Notes: a model not told the origin generated them from the sequence alone. DNA of 64,000 bases from the human T2T-CHM13v2.0 reference genome, Homo sapiens (GCF_009914755.1 NC_060941.1), one strand, 5' to 3'. Shown: positions 30,134-47,244, numbered from the stretch's first letter. Numbers and translations: made by a program.

Positions 30134-33100
30134 GAGAGAGGCCAAGATGGCTATTTGAAGCAGCTGCTGTCCATGGCACTCATGGAGAGGAATGAAAGCG
30201 GTGAGTGAATTCAGCCCCTTAACTGAAATCGCCAGGTTCTCACATTGTGACTGACTAGGCAAACAACCCACGAAGAACTGAGGAAAGAAGGGTGAGGCAA
30301 TGGCCCACCCAGGAGTGGCACAGAGCCAAAGGAACCCCAATCCCCAGCCAAGGGAAGCAATGAGTGAATGTGCGACCCTGCCTGGGAAATCATGCTTCTC
30401 CCATGGATCTCTGCAATCCATGGATCAGGAGACCTGCTCATGAGCCCAGGCCACCAAGGCCTTGGGTTCAATACACAGAGCTGTGTGGAGTTCTGGCAGA
30501 CTGGCCACTCAGGCACACACACAGAGACTCAGGAGTTTTACATCTGTTGTCCCCAGGATCCCTGGCAAGGTGGGAAACCCGTTTGTACATACCCTGGGGA
30601 AAGGGGCTGAATCCAGGGAGCCCAGCAGCATCATTCTGTGAGTCCAACTTCCACGGCACCTCACAAGTTAAGACCCACTGGCTTGGAATTCCAGCCCACC
30701 AATGGCAACAGGCTGGAGTCTGCCTGAGTTAGGACCATGTTCCCTGAACGGAGGGAGAGCCGCCATCTCTGCAGTTTGGTTGACTCAGCCATTTCAGCCT
30801 GATGGCTTTGGAGAATCCAGATGGTCCAGATGAGTAAGGGTCCCCCACAATACAGCACACCTGCTTTGCCAGATTGTGGCCAGACTGCTTCTTTCAGTGG
30901 GACCCCAATTCATTTCTCCTTACTGGGTGGGGCCTCCCTGCAGGAACTTCAGCCACTTTAGCCAGGGTTATATGGACAGAGCTCTGATCTCTTCCTGGGA
31001 TGGAGATCCAGGGGGAGGGGTGGCCACCATCTCTGCAGATTGATCAACTCAGCTGTTCCAGCCTGATGGCTTTAGAGAGTCCAAGTGGTCTGGGCAAGGA
31101 AGAGTCCCCCCAACACAGCACACCTGCTCTACCAAAAAGCAGCCAGATGGTTTCTTTAAGTGAGTTTCTGATCCCATTCCTCCTGACTGGCTGAGACCTC
31201 CCAACAGGGGTCTCCAGACACCTTCTACAGGAGCGTTCAGGCTGACAACAGGTCACTGTTCAACTGGGACAGAGCTTCCAGAGGAAGGAGCAGGCTACCA
31301 TCTTTGCTGTTTCATAACCTTCACTGGTGATACCTCCAGGTATGGGGAAAAACTGAGGCAACTAGGGTCTGGAGCAAGCCCCCAGCAAACTGCAGCAGTC
31401 CTATGGAAGAGTGGCCTGACTGTTAAAAGAAAAACAGAAAACAACAACATCAAGAAAAAAGACCCCACAAAGATGCCATTCAAAGGTCAGCAACCTCAAC
31501 AATCAAAGGTAGATAAGTCCACAAAGATGAGAAAGAATCAACACAAAAACACTGAAAACTCAAAGCTAGAGTGCCTCTTCTCCTCCAAATGACCACAACA
31601 CCTCTCCAGCAAGGGCACAGAACTGGGCTGAGGCTGAGACGGCTGAATTGACAGAAGTAGCCTTCAGAGGTGGGTAATAATGAACTTTGCTGAGCTAAAG
31701 GAGCATGTTGTAACCCAATGCAAAGTACCTAAGAATCATGATAAAACAATACAGGAGCTGATAGCCAGAATAGCCAGTTTTGAGAGGAACATAACTGACC
31801 TGAAGGAGCTGAAAAACACAATACGAGAACTTCGCAATGCAATCACAAGTGTCAATAGCAGAATAGACCAAGTGGAGGAAAGAGTCTCAGAGTTTGAAGA
31901 CCATTTTTCTGAAATAGGCAGACAAGAAGAGAGAAAAAAAGAGTGAAAATTAATGAATAAAATCTCTGAGAAATAGATTATTTAAAGAGACTGAACCTAT
32001 GACTGATTGGGGTACCTAAAAGAGAGGGGGAGAATGGAGCCAAGTTGGAAAACATACTTCAGGATATCGTCCAGGAGAGCTTTCCCAACTTAGCAAGACA
32101 GGCCAACATTCAAATTCAGGAAATGCAGAGAACCCCAATAAGATACGCTGTGAGAAGGTCATCTCCAAGAAACATAATTAACAGATTCTTTAAGGTCAAA
32201 ATGGAAGAAAAAATGTTAAGGGCAGCCAGAGAGAAAGTCCAGGTCACCTACAAAGGGAAGCCCATCAGACTAACAGTAGACCTCTCAGTGGAAACCCTAA
32301 GCCAGAAGAAATTGGGAGCCAATATTCAACATTCTTAAAGAATTTCCAATTCAATATTTCATATTTAGCCAAATTAAGCTTCATAAGTGAAGGAGAAATA
32401 AGATCTTTTTCAGACAAACAAATGATGAGGGAATTCATCACCAACAGGCCTGCCTTGCAAGAGATCCTGAAGAAAGCACTAAATATGGAAAGGAAAAACT
32501 GTTACCACCTGCTACAAAAACACACTAAAGTACAGAGACCAGTGACACTATGAAGCAACCACATAAACAAGTCTGCAAAGTAACCAGCTAACATTAGGAT
32601 GACAGGACCAAATTCACACCTAACAACACTAATCTTAAATGTAAATAGGCTAAATGCTCCAATTAAAAGACACAGAATGGCAAGCTGGATAAACAGCCAA
32701 GACTCATCAATAGGCTGTCTTCAAGAGACACATCTCTCATGCAAAGACATACATAGGCTCAAAATAAAAGGATGGAGGAAAATTTACCAAGCAAATGGAA
32801 AACAGAAAGACGCAAGGGTTGCAATCCTAGTTTCTGACAAAACAGACTTTAAACCAACAAAGATAAAAAAGACAAGGGCATTATATAATGGTAAAGGGTT
32901 CAATTCAACAAGAATTGAATATATCCTAAATGTATATGCACCCAATACAGGAACACCCAGATCCATAAAGCAAATTCTTAGAGACCTACAAAGAGACTTA
33001 AACTCACACATTACTAGTGGTAGACTTTAACACCCCACTGGCAATATTAGACAGATAATTGAGACAGAAAATTAACAACAATACTCAGGATCTGGATCCT

Positions 33101-36100
33101 GAACTCAGCTCTGGATCAAGTGGACCTGATAGATGTGTACAGAACTCTCCACCCAAAAAAAACAGAACATACATTGTTCTCCACATCACGTGGCAGTCAC
33201 TCTAAAATTGATCACATAATCAAAAGTAAAACACTCCTCAGCAAATGCTATTAAAATAGCTGAGATCATAACAGCAGTCTTTCAGACAACAACACAATCA
33301 AATTAGAACTCAAGATTAAGAAATTTACTCAAAACCACACAAATACATAGAACAACTTGCTCTTGAATGACTCGAGTAAATAATGAAATTAAGGCAGAAA
33401 TCAAGAAGTTCTTTGAAACTAATGAGAACAAAGAGACAATATACCAGAATCTCTGGGATGCAGCTAAAGCAGTGTTAAGAGGGAAATTTATAGCACTAAA
33501 TGCCCACATCAAAAAGCTAGAAAGATCTCAAGTTAACAACTTAACATAACTACTAAAAGAACTAGAGGACCAAAAGCAAACAAACCCCAAAGCTATCAGA
33601 AGACAAGAACCAAGATCAGAGCTGAACTGAAGGAGATAGACACAAAAAAAAATCCTTCAAAAAATAAATGCATCCAGAAGCTGGCTTTTTGAAAAAATTA
33701 ATAAAATAGACTGCTGGCTAGACTAATAAAGAGGAAAAGAGAGAAGAATCAAATAGACACAATCATAAATGATAAGAGGGATATCACCACTGACCCAACA
33801 GAAATACAAATGACCATCAGAGAATACTATAAACACTTCTATGCACATAAACTAGAAAATCTAGACAAAATGGATACATTCCTGGACACATATACCCACC
33901 CAAGACTGAAACAGGAAGAAATTGAATCCCTGAATAGACCAATAATGAGTTCTGAAATTGTGGCAGTAATAAATAGCCTACCAACCAAAAAAAGTCCAAG
34001 ACCATATGGATTCACAGCTGAATTCTCTCAGAAGTACAAAGGAGAGCTGGTACCATTTCTACTAAAACTATTCAAAAAATTGAAAATGAGGGACTCCTCT
34101 CTAACTCATTTTATGAGACCAGCATTATCCTGATACCAAAACCTGGCAGAGATACAACAAAAAAAGAAAACTTAAGGTCAATATCCTTGATGAACATTGA
34201 TGCAAAAATCCTCCATAAAATGCTGGGAAACTGAATCCAGTAGCATATCAAAAAGCTTATCCACCACTATCAAGTTGGCTTCATCCCCATGATGCAAGGT
34301 TGGTTCAACATACGCAAATCTATAAATGTGATTCATCACATAAACAGACCTAAGACAAAAACCACATGATTATCTCAACAGATGCAGAAAAATCCTTTGA
34401 TAAAATTCCACACCCCTTCATGTTAAAAATTCTCAAACTAGATTGTGAAGGAACATACCTCAAAATAATAAGAGCTATATATGACAAACCCATGGCCAAT
34501 ATCATACTTAATGGGCAAAAGCTGGAAGCATTCCCCTTGAAAATCAGCACAAGACAAGGATGTCCTGTCTCTCACCACTCCTATTCAACATAGTATTGGA
34601 AGTTCTGGCCAAGGTAATCAGACAAGAGAAAGAAATAAAGGATATTCAAATAGTAAGAGAGGAAGTCAAATTATCTTTGCAGATGACATGATCCTACATG
34701 TAGAAAACCCCATTGTCTCAGCCCAAAGTTTCTTAAGTTGATAAGCAACTTCAGTAAAGTCTCAGAATACAAAATCAATGTGCAAAAATCACAAGCATGC
34801 CTATACATCAACAACAGACAAGCAGAGAGCCTAATCATGAATGAACTCCCATTCATAATTGCTACAGAAAGAATCAAATACCTAAATATACAGCTAGCAA
34901 GGGAAGTGAAGGACCTCTTCAAGGAGAACTACAAACCACTGCTCCAAGAAATCAGAGGGGACACAAACAAATGAAAAAACATTCTATGCTCATGGATAGA
35001 AAGAATCAATATCATGAAAATGGCCATACTGCCCAAAGTAATTAATAGATTCAATGCTATTTCATTAAACTATCATTGACATTCTTCACAACATTAGAAA
35101 AAGCCATTTTAAAATTCATATGGACAATCCTAAGCAAAAAGAACAAAGCTGGAGGCATCGCACTACCCAACTTCAAACTATACTACAAGCCTACAGTAAC
35201 TAAAACAGCATGGTACTGGTACAAGAATAGACACATAAATCAATGGAACAGAATAGAGAACACAGAAATAAGACCAAACACCTACAGCCATCTGATCTTT
35301 GACAAAGCTGACAAAAACAAGCAATAAGGAAAGGATTCCCTATTTAATAAATGGTGCTGAGAGAACTGGCTAGCCATATACAGAAAATTGAAACTGGACC
35401 CCTTCCTTACACCATATACAAAAATCAACTCAAGATGGATTAAAGACTTAAATGTAAAACCCCAAACTATAAAAACCCTAGAAGAAAATCTAGGCAATAC
35501 CTTCAGGACATAGGCACAGGCAAAGATTTTATGATTAAAACGCCAAAAGCAGCCAGGCTCAGTGGCTCACGCCTTTAATTGCAGCACTTAGGGGGTCCAA
35601 GGTGGGTGGATTACCTGAGGCCAGGAGTTTGAGACCAGCCTGACCAACATGGTGGAACGCTATCTCTACTAAAAATACAAAACTTAGCCAGACGTCATGG
35701 TGGGCACCTGTAATCCCATGGTGGGCACCTGTAATCTCGAGAGACTGAGGCAGGAAAATCACTTGAACCTGGGAGGCAGGGCTTGCAGTGAGCGAATATC
35801 ATGCCACTGCACTCCAGCCTGGGTGACAGAGCAAGAGTCTGTCTCAAAAATAAAATAAAATAAAATAAAATAAATAAAAAAACGCCAAAAGCAATTGCAA
35901 CAAAAGCAAAAATTGACAAATAGGATCTAATTAAACTAAAGAGCCTCTACCCAGCAAAATAAACTATCATCAGAGTGAAAAGACAACCTACAGAATAGAA
36001 GAAACGTTTTGCAATCTATCCATCTGACAAAGGTCAAATATCCAGAGTCTACAAGGAACTTAAACAAATTTACAGGACCAGAAACAAACAACTCCTTTAA

Positions 36101-36570
36101 AAGGTGGGCAAAGTACATGAACAGGCACTTTTCAAAAGAAGACATAGATGTGGCCAACAAACGTATGAAAAAAAAGCTCAACATTGTTGATAATTACAGA
36201 AATGCAAATCAAAACTGCAATGAGATACCATCTCATACCAGTCAAAATGGCTACTATTAAAAATCAAAAAAAACAGCAGATGCTGGCAAGGTTGCAAAGA
36301 AAAAGAAACACTATTACACTGTTGGTGAGAGTGTAAATTAATTTAACCATTGTGGAAGACAGTGTGGTGATTCCTCAAAGACCTGGAGGCAGAAATACCA
36401 TTTGACCCAACAATCCCATTACTGGGTATATACCCAATGAAATATAAATCATTCTATCATAAAGATACATACACATGTATGTTCATTGCAGCACTATTCA
36501 CAATAGCAAAGACATGGAATCAATCCAACGGCCCATCAACGACAGACTGGATAAAGAAAATGTGGTACAT

Positions 36571-36572
<2 letters not shown>
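30134..36572 (+). mobile_element. Near full-length older primate L1PA (5' UTR, broken ORF1 and ORF2; 3' end missing)
   Basis: 5' GAGAGAGGCCAAGATGGC (YY1 site); ORF1 fragments 31680-32338; ORF2 endonuclease start MTGPNSHLTTLILNVNRLN at 32599; RT fragments; many stops and frameshifts. Confidence 0.95.
35552..35878 (+). mobile_element. AluS inserted in L1 ORF2
   Basis: Perfect TSD AAAACGCCAAAAGCA 35537-35551 / 35879-35893; (TAAAA)n tail. Confidence 0.95.
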
Positions 36573-36776
<204 letters not shown>

Positions 36777-37579
36777 CTAGCAGAGCAAATAAGCAGTAAT
36801 AGTTACTTGAATTATCAGATACAGAATATAAAATGAATGTTTAATATGTTAAAAGGAAAGCTTGAAAGAGCCAGGAAAAGGAGACTATCAAATCTACTTA
36901 GAAGAAAAGAAAAGGATCAAATAAAACTTCAAGAATTGAGCAATATAAAGATTGAAATAATAAACTCAGTGAATGATGGGATGGTGACTCCCATCACCTC
37001 CACCCTGACACACACACAGAATTTCCCTTCTCATTTTAGCAAAGAAAGAATAAAAACATGAGTTTTGTGTTGGTAAGCAGTTGTCTAGCTAGTGACTCTT
37101 TCCTCTCTTGCTTTTATTTAGATATTTGGTTAGTTAATACATTATATTAACCAATAATAAAGCAATGAACTCCTGTGAAAACAGAAGTTACAACTTTAGC
37201 AATAACCTATATCTAACCATACATTTTACTCAGTATCTCATTTTCCCACCTTTCCTGACAAAAGGTAATCATCCTGAATCCAGGTGGTAAGGGTTTGCTT
37301 GCTTTTCCTCCTAATTAGTTTGTTATATCTTTTCCCCCCTCCCTCCCCTGATAGATGAATGAATGGATACATGGATATATTTTGTTGTCGATACATAATA
37401 ATGTACGTATTTATGATGTACATGTGATATTTTGATATTTGCATACAATGTATAATGATCAAATCAGGGTAATTAAGATATCCGTCACCTCAAATATTCA
37501 TCATTTCTTTGTGTTCATAACATTCCAGATCTTCTTTTCTAGTTATTTAAAAATATACAATAAATTATTGTTAACTATA

Positions 37580-37988
37580 TGATATAGTTTGTATATTTGT
37601 TTCCTCAAATCTCGTGTTGAAATATAATCCCTAATGTTAGAGGTGGGGCCTGGTGGTAGGTGTTTGGATCATGGGGCAGATCCCTCATGAATGATTTAGC
37701 ATTATCCCTTTGGTGGTGAGTAAGTTCTCACAACATCTGGTTGTTTAAAAGAGTGTGGCACCTCCCTGGCCCTACACCTTGCTCTTGCTCTGGCCATGCG
37801 ACCTGCCTGCTCCTGCTTGCCTGCCACCATGAGTAAAAGCTCCCTGAAGCCTTCCCAGAAGCCAAGCAGATGCCAGCACCATGCTTCCTGTACGGCCTGC
37901 AGAACTGTGAGCCCATTAAATCTCTTTTCTTTATGAATCACCCAGTCTCAGGTATTCCTTTAGAGCAACAAAAGAACAACCCAATACA
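37580..37988 (+). mobile_element. MSTA/MSTB solo LTR
   Basis: TGATATAGTTTG...AATACA; gcagaactgtgagcccattaaa. Confidence 0.9.
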
Positions 37989-39731
37989 GTGTGTTACCCT
38001 ATTGTGCTATCAGGCACTAGAACTTCTTCCTTCTAACTGTATTTTTGTACACATTACCCAACCTATCTTTGTCATCCACCTCACCCTTCCCAGACTCTGG
38101 TAACCATTATCCTACTCTCCACCTTCATGAGATCAACTTTTTAAGCTCCTGCATATGAGGGAGAATATGTAATAGTAGTCTTCTGTGCTTTGCTTATTTC
38201 ACTTAATACCTCCAGTTCCATCCGTGTTGCTGCAAGTGACAGAATTTCATTTTTTTATGGCTGAATAATATTCACTGTGTATGTTTACCACATTTTCTTC
38301 ATCCATTCATCCACTGATGGACACTTACATTGATTTCATATCCTGGCTATTGTGAATAATGCTGCAATAAACATGAGAGTGCAGGTATCTCTTGAAGATA
38401 CTGATTTTCTTTCTTTTAAATATATACCTAGCAGTGGGATTGCTGGATCACATGGTAGCTCTATTTGTAGTTTTTTGGGGAATCTCTATACTGTTTTCCA
38501 TAGTGGCAATGCTAATTTACCTCCCTGCCAACAGTGTATGAGCCTTCCCCTTTCTCCACAGCCAGCATCATTATTTTCTTTTTGATAGTAGTCATTTTAA
38601 CTGGAGTGAGATGATATCTCACTGTGGTTTTGATTTGCATTTCCCTTAGGATTAATGATATTAAATATTTTACATATTTTTTTCAGATCATTTGCCCATT
38701 TTAAAAATAGGGTTGCTTGGTGTTTTTTTTGTTTTTGTTTGTTTTGTGTTTTGTTTTGTTTTTTGCTATTGAGTTGTTTGCAGTTTTTATATATTCTGGT
38801 ACTATCCCTTGTCAGGGGAATAGTTTGCAAATATTTTCTCCCATTCAGTATAATATTTCTTCTTTCTGTTGATTATTTCCTTTGCTGTGCAGAAGCTTTT
38901 CAGCTTGATGTGATCTCATTTGCCTGTTTCTGCTTTGGTTGCCTGTGCTTTTGAGATCTTGCCCAAAAAATCTTTGCCAAGACTAATGTTCTGAGGTGCT
39001 TCCCCAATGTTTTCTTCTAGTAGTATCATAGCTTCAGGTCTTACATTCACGTCTTTATTCTTTTTTTATTTGATTTTTATATATGGTGAGAGATAGGGGT
39101 CTAGTTTCATTCTTTTGCATATGGACATCTAGTTTTCCCACACCATTTACTGAAGAGACTGTCTTTTCCTCACTGTATGTTTTTGGTACCTTTGTCAAAA
39201 TGAATTGGCTATAAATGCGTGGATTTATTTATGGGTTTTCTACTCTGTTCCATTGGTTTACACATCAGTTTTATGCCAGTACCATGCTCTTTTGGTACGA
39301 TAGCTTTGTGGTATATTTTAAAGTCTGGTAGTGTTATGCCTTCAACTTTGTTCCTGTTGTTAAGGATTGCTTTGGCTATTTGTTGTGTTTTTGTTTTTGT
39401 GTTTCTATACAGATTACAGGATTTTTAGAAATGGCTGTGCTTGGTGTTTTGATAGGGGTTGCATTGAATCTGTAGATAGTTTTGACTGGACATTTTAACA
39501 ATATTAATTCTTCCAACCCATAAGCATGGGATGTCTTTTCTTTTCTTTTTTTTTTTTTTTGGTTCCTCTTCAATTTCTTTAATCAGTGTTGATCATAGTT
39601 TTTGTTATAGAGATCTTTCACTTTTTTGGTTAAATTTATTCCAAGGTTTTTTTTGTATCTATCGTAAATGGAATTTACAATAAAGAACACTTACTACAAA
39701 GATTTACAATTAAAGGGATTGCTTTCTTAAT

Positions 39732-40136
<405 letters not shown>

Positions 40137-41318
40137 TAGTTTGTCGGCTATAACAGTTTTTTAGTTTAGGTTTTTCTAAATATAGGATCATGTTGTCTGC
40201 AAAGGAGGATGATTTGACTTCTTCCTTTTTAATTCGGATGTGCTTCATTTCTTTCACTTGCCTAATTGCCCTATCTAGGACTTCCAATATTATGTTGAGT
40301 AAAAGTGATGAAAGTGGGCATCCTTGTCATGTTCCAGACCTTAAAAGGAAGTCTTTTAATTTTCCCCATTATATTAACTATGGATTTGTCATATATGGCT
40401 TTTACTGTTTTGAGGTATGTTCCTTTTATATACCCAGTTTGTTGCATGTTTTTATCATGAAGGAATGTTGAATTTTATCAAACACTTTTTCAGCATCTAT
40501 TGAAATAATCATATGGTTTTTGTTCTTGATTCTGTTAGTGTGATATATATTTGAGTTTAGGTTCTATTTTTATATTTTATGAAAAAGCTATATCTATAGT
40601 ATTTTGGGATTTTCCCCCTTAATAACCTTTTGCTAAGCTTCATGTTGTTTTTTATAGATGTATAATATTTCATTACATGTTGTTTTTTAAAAAAATCCAC
40701 TTTCCCATTGATGAACATTTTGGTTATTTCCAGATTTTTCTCTAGTGAACTGCACTACTATGAACGTTCTTGTATATGTGTCCTGCTATACAAGTGTCAA
40801 AGTTTCTTTTGATATAGGAAACTGCTGCTATATCGTCACATTGCTGGATCATAAAGCATGTGAATGCTCAACTTTAAAAGGTAATGCCAAACGGTTTCCC
40901 AACTGGTTACACCAATTTATTCTCCAGATCTTCCCCAACATTTGATATTTCAGACTTTTAAGTTCTTCCCAATTAACACAGTTTAAAATAGTATTGCATT
41001 GCGATCTTGATATGACTTTTCCTGATCACTAACAATGAGCAGCCTATGTATGCTTATTGGACAGATATGTTTCCTCACTCAAGTTTCTGCTCATCTTCCC
41101 ATTAAGTTACTTATCCTTCCCTTATTGATTTGTTATTGTCATTTATATATTATCGATCCAAATTGTTCATAGGTGTGTATTGAAAATATCTTCTCTTAGT
41201 AACTTTTCTTTTCATGTTTTTGAAGTTATGTTTTGATGAACAATAGTTATGAACACCAATTATTCAGACATTAGTACTTATAAAAATTAATAGACCTTGT
41301 ATCTTATTAAAAGATAAA

Positions 41319-41618
<300 letters not shown>

Positions 41619-41659
41619 TTAATACTAAGATTTAAAAATATTTACCTCATATTTTATTT

Positions 41660-43302
<1,643 letters not shown>

Positions 43303-43699
43303 CATTTACCCTGTATTTTATACTGAGAGTTTTAAAGTTCTATTCCTGAGTTTAAGCCCTAAATCCATTTGGAATTGATTTTTGTAGACGGTGTGTGGTA
43401 GGAATTCAATTTCAAATTTTCCATGTGAAAATCATTTTTTCCAGCTCGATTTGTTAAACAATCAACTACTTCTTTTCATATCGATCATGCATTCCATATT
43501 TATCATATGAAAATGTTCCTAACATACATGCATTTTTAGGCTGTCAGTTTTATTCCATTGACCAATTTATTTATCCCTGAACTAATACCACACTGTCTTT
43601 ATTACAGCTCCATAATAAATCCTCATATCTGATCCCCTCTGTCTGCTCTTCTTAACAGGTATCTTGGTTATTCTTGACACCCTTTTCCTCCATATGTAT

Positions 43700-44740
43700 T
43701 TTAAAAATAGCTCTGTTGAACTATAATCCACATACCACATAATTCAGCCATTTAATGTGTACGATTTAACAGTTTTTAGTATATTCAAAGATATGTGCCA
43801 CCATTGCCACAGTCAATTTTAGAATGTTTTAATTACCTCAAAAAACTCACATACTCTGACAAGCTCTCTCTCACTCTAACCCTGCCCAGTCCTAAGTAAC
43901 CACTAATCTACTTTCCTTCTATAGATTTCCCCGGTCTGGACTTTCACACAAATGGGATTAGATAATACGTGGACTTTTATGTTTGGCTTCTTAATGGATT
44001 TTCAGAGTTCATGTAAGTACCATATATTAGTACTTCATTTGTTTTTATGACTACATAATATTCCATTGTATGAATATGAATATGACTAAATAATATTCCA
44101 TTACACGAATATACCACTTTTTAAATCCATTTATTTGTTGCTTAACATTTGTGGTGTTGTTTCCACCTTTTGGCTATTATGAATAATGCTGCATGAATAT
44201 TTATGTGTGGATTTCGGTGTGGACGTATGTTTTCATTTCTTATGAATATTCCTAGAAGTGGATTTTCTGGGCCATATGTTAACACTACGTGCAACCATGT
44301 GAGGAACTGGCAGACTGTTTTCTAAAGCAGCTGTACAATCTCACATTCTCACATAGCAGTATATGAGGATTTTGATTTCTTTACTTTTTTTGTTCTCCCT
44401 AAGAGTTTTATAGTCTAAAACTATAAAGAGCAAAACTCTTACACTTATATCCTTGACTCATTTTGAGTTACCTTTGTATTTGATGTAAAATAAGAGACCA
44501 ACTTCATTCTTTTGTATGTAGCTATCCAGCTGTTCTTTCCCCACTGAACAGTCTTGGCACTTTGCTGAAAATCAGTAGGCCATAGATGCATGGATTTATT
44601 TCTGGACTCTCAAGTTTACTCCATTTATTGATATATTAGTCCTTGTACTAGTACCACATTGTCTTGATTATCATTGTTTTGCAGTAGGTTTTGAAATTGG
44701 GAAGTATGAGTCATCCCCCTTTGTTCTTTTTCAGGATTAT
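43700..44740 (-). mobile_element. L1MB/L1M fragments
   Basis: cagtcaattttagaat...gtaaccactaatctacttt L1MB-type 3' UTR. Confidence 0.75.
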
Positions 44741-44744
44741 TTAG

Positions 44745-47244
44745 TGTATTGGTCCATCTTATGTTGCTATAAAGAGATACTTGAGGCTGGGTAATTTATA
44801 AAGAAAAGAGGTTTAATTGGCTCAAGGTTCTGCAGGCTGAACATAAAGGAAGCATAGTGCCAGCATCTGCTTCTGGTGAGGCTTTAAGAAACTTATAATC
44901 TTGGCAGAAGGTGACAGGGAGCAGGGAGCCAGCATGTTCCATGGCAAAGGGAGAGCAAGAGACAAAGGGGGAAGGTCCCAGACTTTTAAAAATAGCCAGA
45001 TGTCATGTGAACTCAGAGTAAGAGCCCATTTATCACAAAGAGGATGGTGCCATGCCATTCATGAGGTATCCACCCCCATGATCCAATACCACCCACTAGG
45101 CCCCACCTCCAATATTAGAGATCACATTTTAACATGAAGTTTGGAGGAGGCACACATCCAAACCATATATTTTTCCCCTGCTCCCCCTAAATCTCACATC
45201 CTTTTCACATTGGAAAATACAATCATTCCTTCCCCAAAGTTCTTCAAAATCTTAAAGCATTCTAGCATCAACTCACTCAAAAGTTCAAAGTCCAAAGTCT
45301 CATCTGAAACTGAAGTCAAGTTTCTTCCATCCATGAGCCTGCAAAGTCAAAACCAAATTATTTACTTCCAAGATGCAATAGTGGTGTACAGGCATTGAGT
45401 AAACATTCCCATTCCAAAAGGGAGAAATTGGCAAAAAGAAGAGGGTACAAGGCCCCATGCAAGTCTGAAACCCAGCAGGGCAGGCATTAAATCTTAAAGC
45501 TCCAGCATAATTCTTAACTCTGTATCTTGCATCCTGGTGCAAGGGATGGGCTCCCAAGGCCTTGGGTAGCTTCATCCCTGTGCCTTTCCTGGGCACAGCC
45601 CATGTGACTGCTCTCGTGGGTTAGAGTTGAGTGCCTGCAGCTTTTCTGGGCTCAGGGTGCAAGCTGCAAGTGGACCTACCATTCTGGGGTCTAGAGGGTG
45701 GTGGACCCTTCCCACAGCTCCACTAGTATGGACTCTGTGTAGGGTGCTCCAACCCCACATTTCCCCTCAGCATTGCCCTGGAGTTTCTCTTTGGGGGCTC
45801 CAACCCTGTAGCAGGCTTCTGCCTGGGCACCCAGGCTTTTCCATACATCCTCTGAGATCTAGCTGGCAGATGCCAAACCAAGATTTCCTTCATTCTTGCA
45901 TTCTGTATTTCTACAGGCTTAACACCACATGGAAGCTTCCAAGGCTTATGGCTTGCATGCTCTGAAGTGGGAGCCCAAGGTATACCTGAAGTCCTTTGAG
46001 CCACAGCTGGAGCTGTAGCAGCAGGGTTATGGGGTGCAGCCTCTTGAGGTAGTGTAGAGCAGCAGAGTCCCAGTCCTGAACCTTGAAACCATTTTTTCCT
46101 ACTAGGCCTTTGGGCTTGTGATGGGAGGGGCTGCCTTGAAGATCTCTGAAATGCCTTTGAGACTATTTTCCCATTGTCTTGGATATTAGCAGTTTGCTCC
46201 CTTTTAGTCATGCTAATCTCTCTAGCAACTGGTTGTTCCACAGCCTGCTTGGATTCTTTCTCTACCATAAGGCCAGGCTGCAAAATTTCTAAATGTTGAC
46301 ACTGCTTCCCTTTTAAATATAAGTTGCAACTTTAAGTCATTCCTTTGCTCCCACATCTGATAATAGGTTGTTAGAAACAGCCATACCACTTCTTGAACAC
46401 TTTGTTGCTTAGAAATTTCTTCTATGAAATTTCGTCACTCTTAATTTCAAATTTCCACAGATCTCTAAAACATGCACACAATGCAGCTGAGTTCTTTGCT
46501 AGGGCATAACATGGGTAACTCCAGTTGATAGGGCATAACTCCAATAACTGGAGTTATTTCCTCATTTCCATCTCATCAGCCTGGACATCACTGTCCATAT
46601 TTTTTCAGCATTTTAATCACAATAATTTAATCAGTCTCTAAGAAATTGCAAACTTTCCCTCATCTTTCTATCATCTTCTCCAAACTCTTCCACCTCTGCC
46701 TATTACCAAGTTGCAAAGCCACTTCCACATTTTCAGGTATCTTTGTAGCAATGACCCACACCTTGGTACCAATTATCTGTATTAATTCATTCTTGTGTTT
46801 CTATAAATAAATACCTGAAGCTGAGTAATTTATAAAGAAAAAGTTAATAAAACTTCTTTATAAAACTTTATAAAACTTATAAAGAAAAGCTTAATTTGCT
46901 CACAGTTTTGTAGGCTGTAGATGAAGTATATCAGCATCTGGTGAGGCTCATCAGCTTCTGGTGAGGCCTCAGGAAGCTAAGAATCCTGGTGGAAGGTGAT
47001 GGAGAGCCAGCATGTCACATGGCAAGAGCAGGAGCAAGAGAGAGAGAGAGAGTCGGAGAGGTCCCAGACTCTTAAACAACCAGATCTCATGTGAACTCAG
47101 AGCAAGAGCACATTTATCACAAAGGGGATAGTGCTAGGCCATTCATGAGGGATCTGCCCCATGATCTAACACCTCCCACTAGGCCCCACCTCCAACACTG
47201 GAGATCTCATTTCAACGTATTTGGATGGGACACACATCATATCC
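44745..47244 (-). mobile_element. Complete two-LTR MST(B) MaLR element (LTRs ~44745-45169 and ~46778-47244)
   Basis: Two homologous LTRs around ~1.6 kb MaLR internal sequence; TSD TTTAG/TTTGG; 186-aa internal ORF remnant at 45723-46283(-). Confidence 0.92.
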
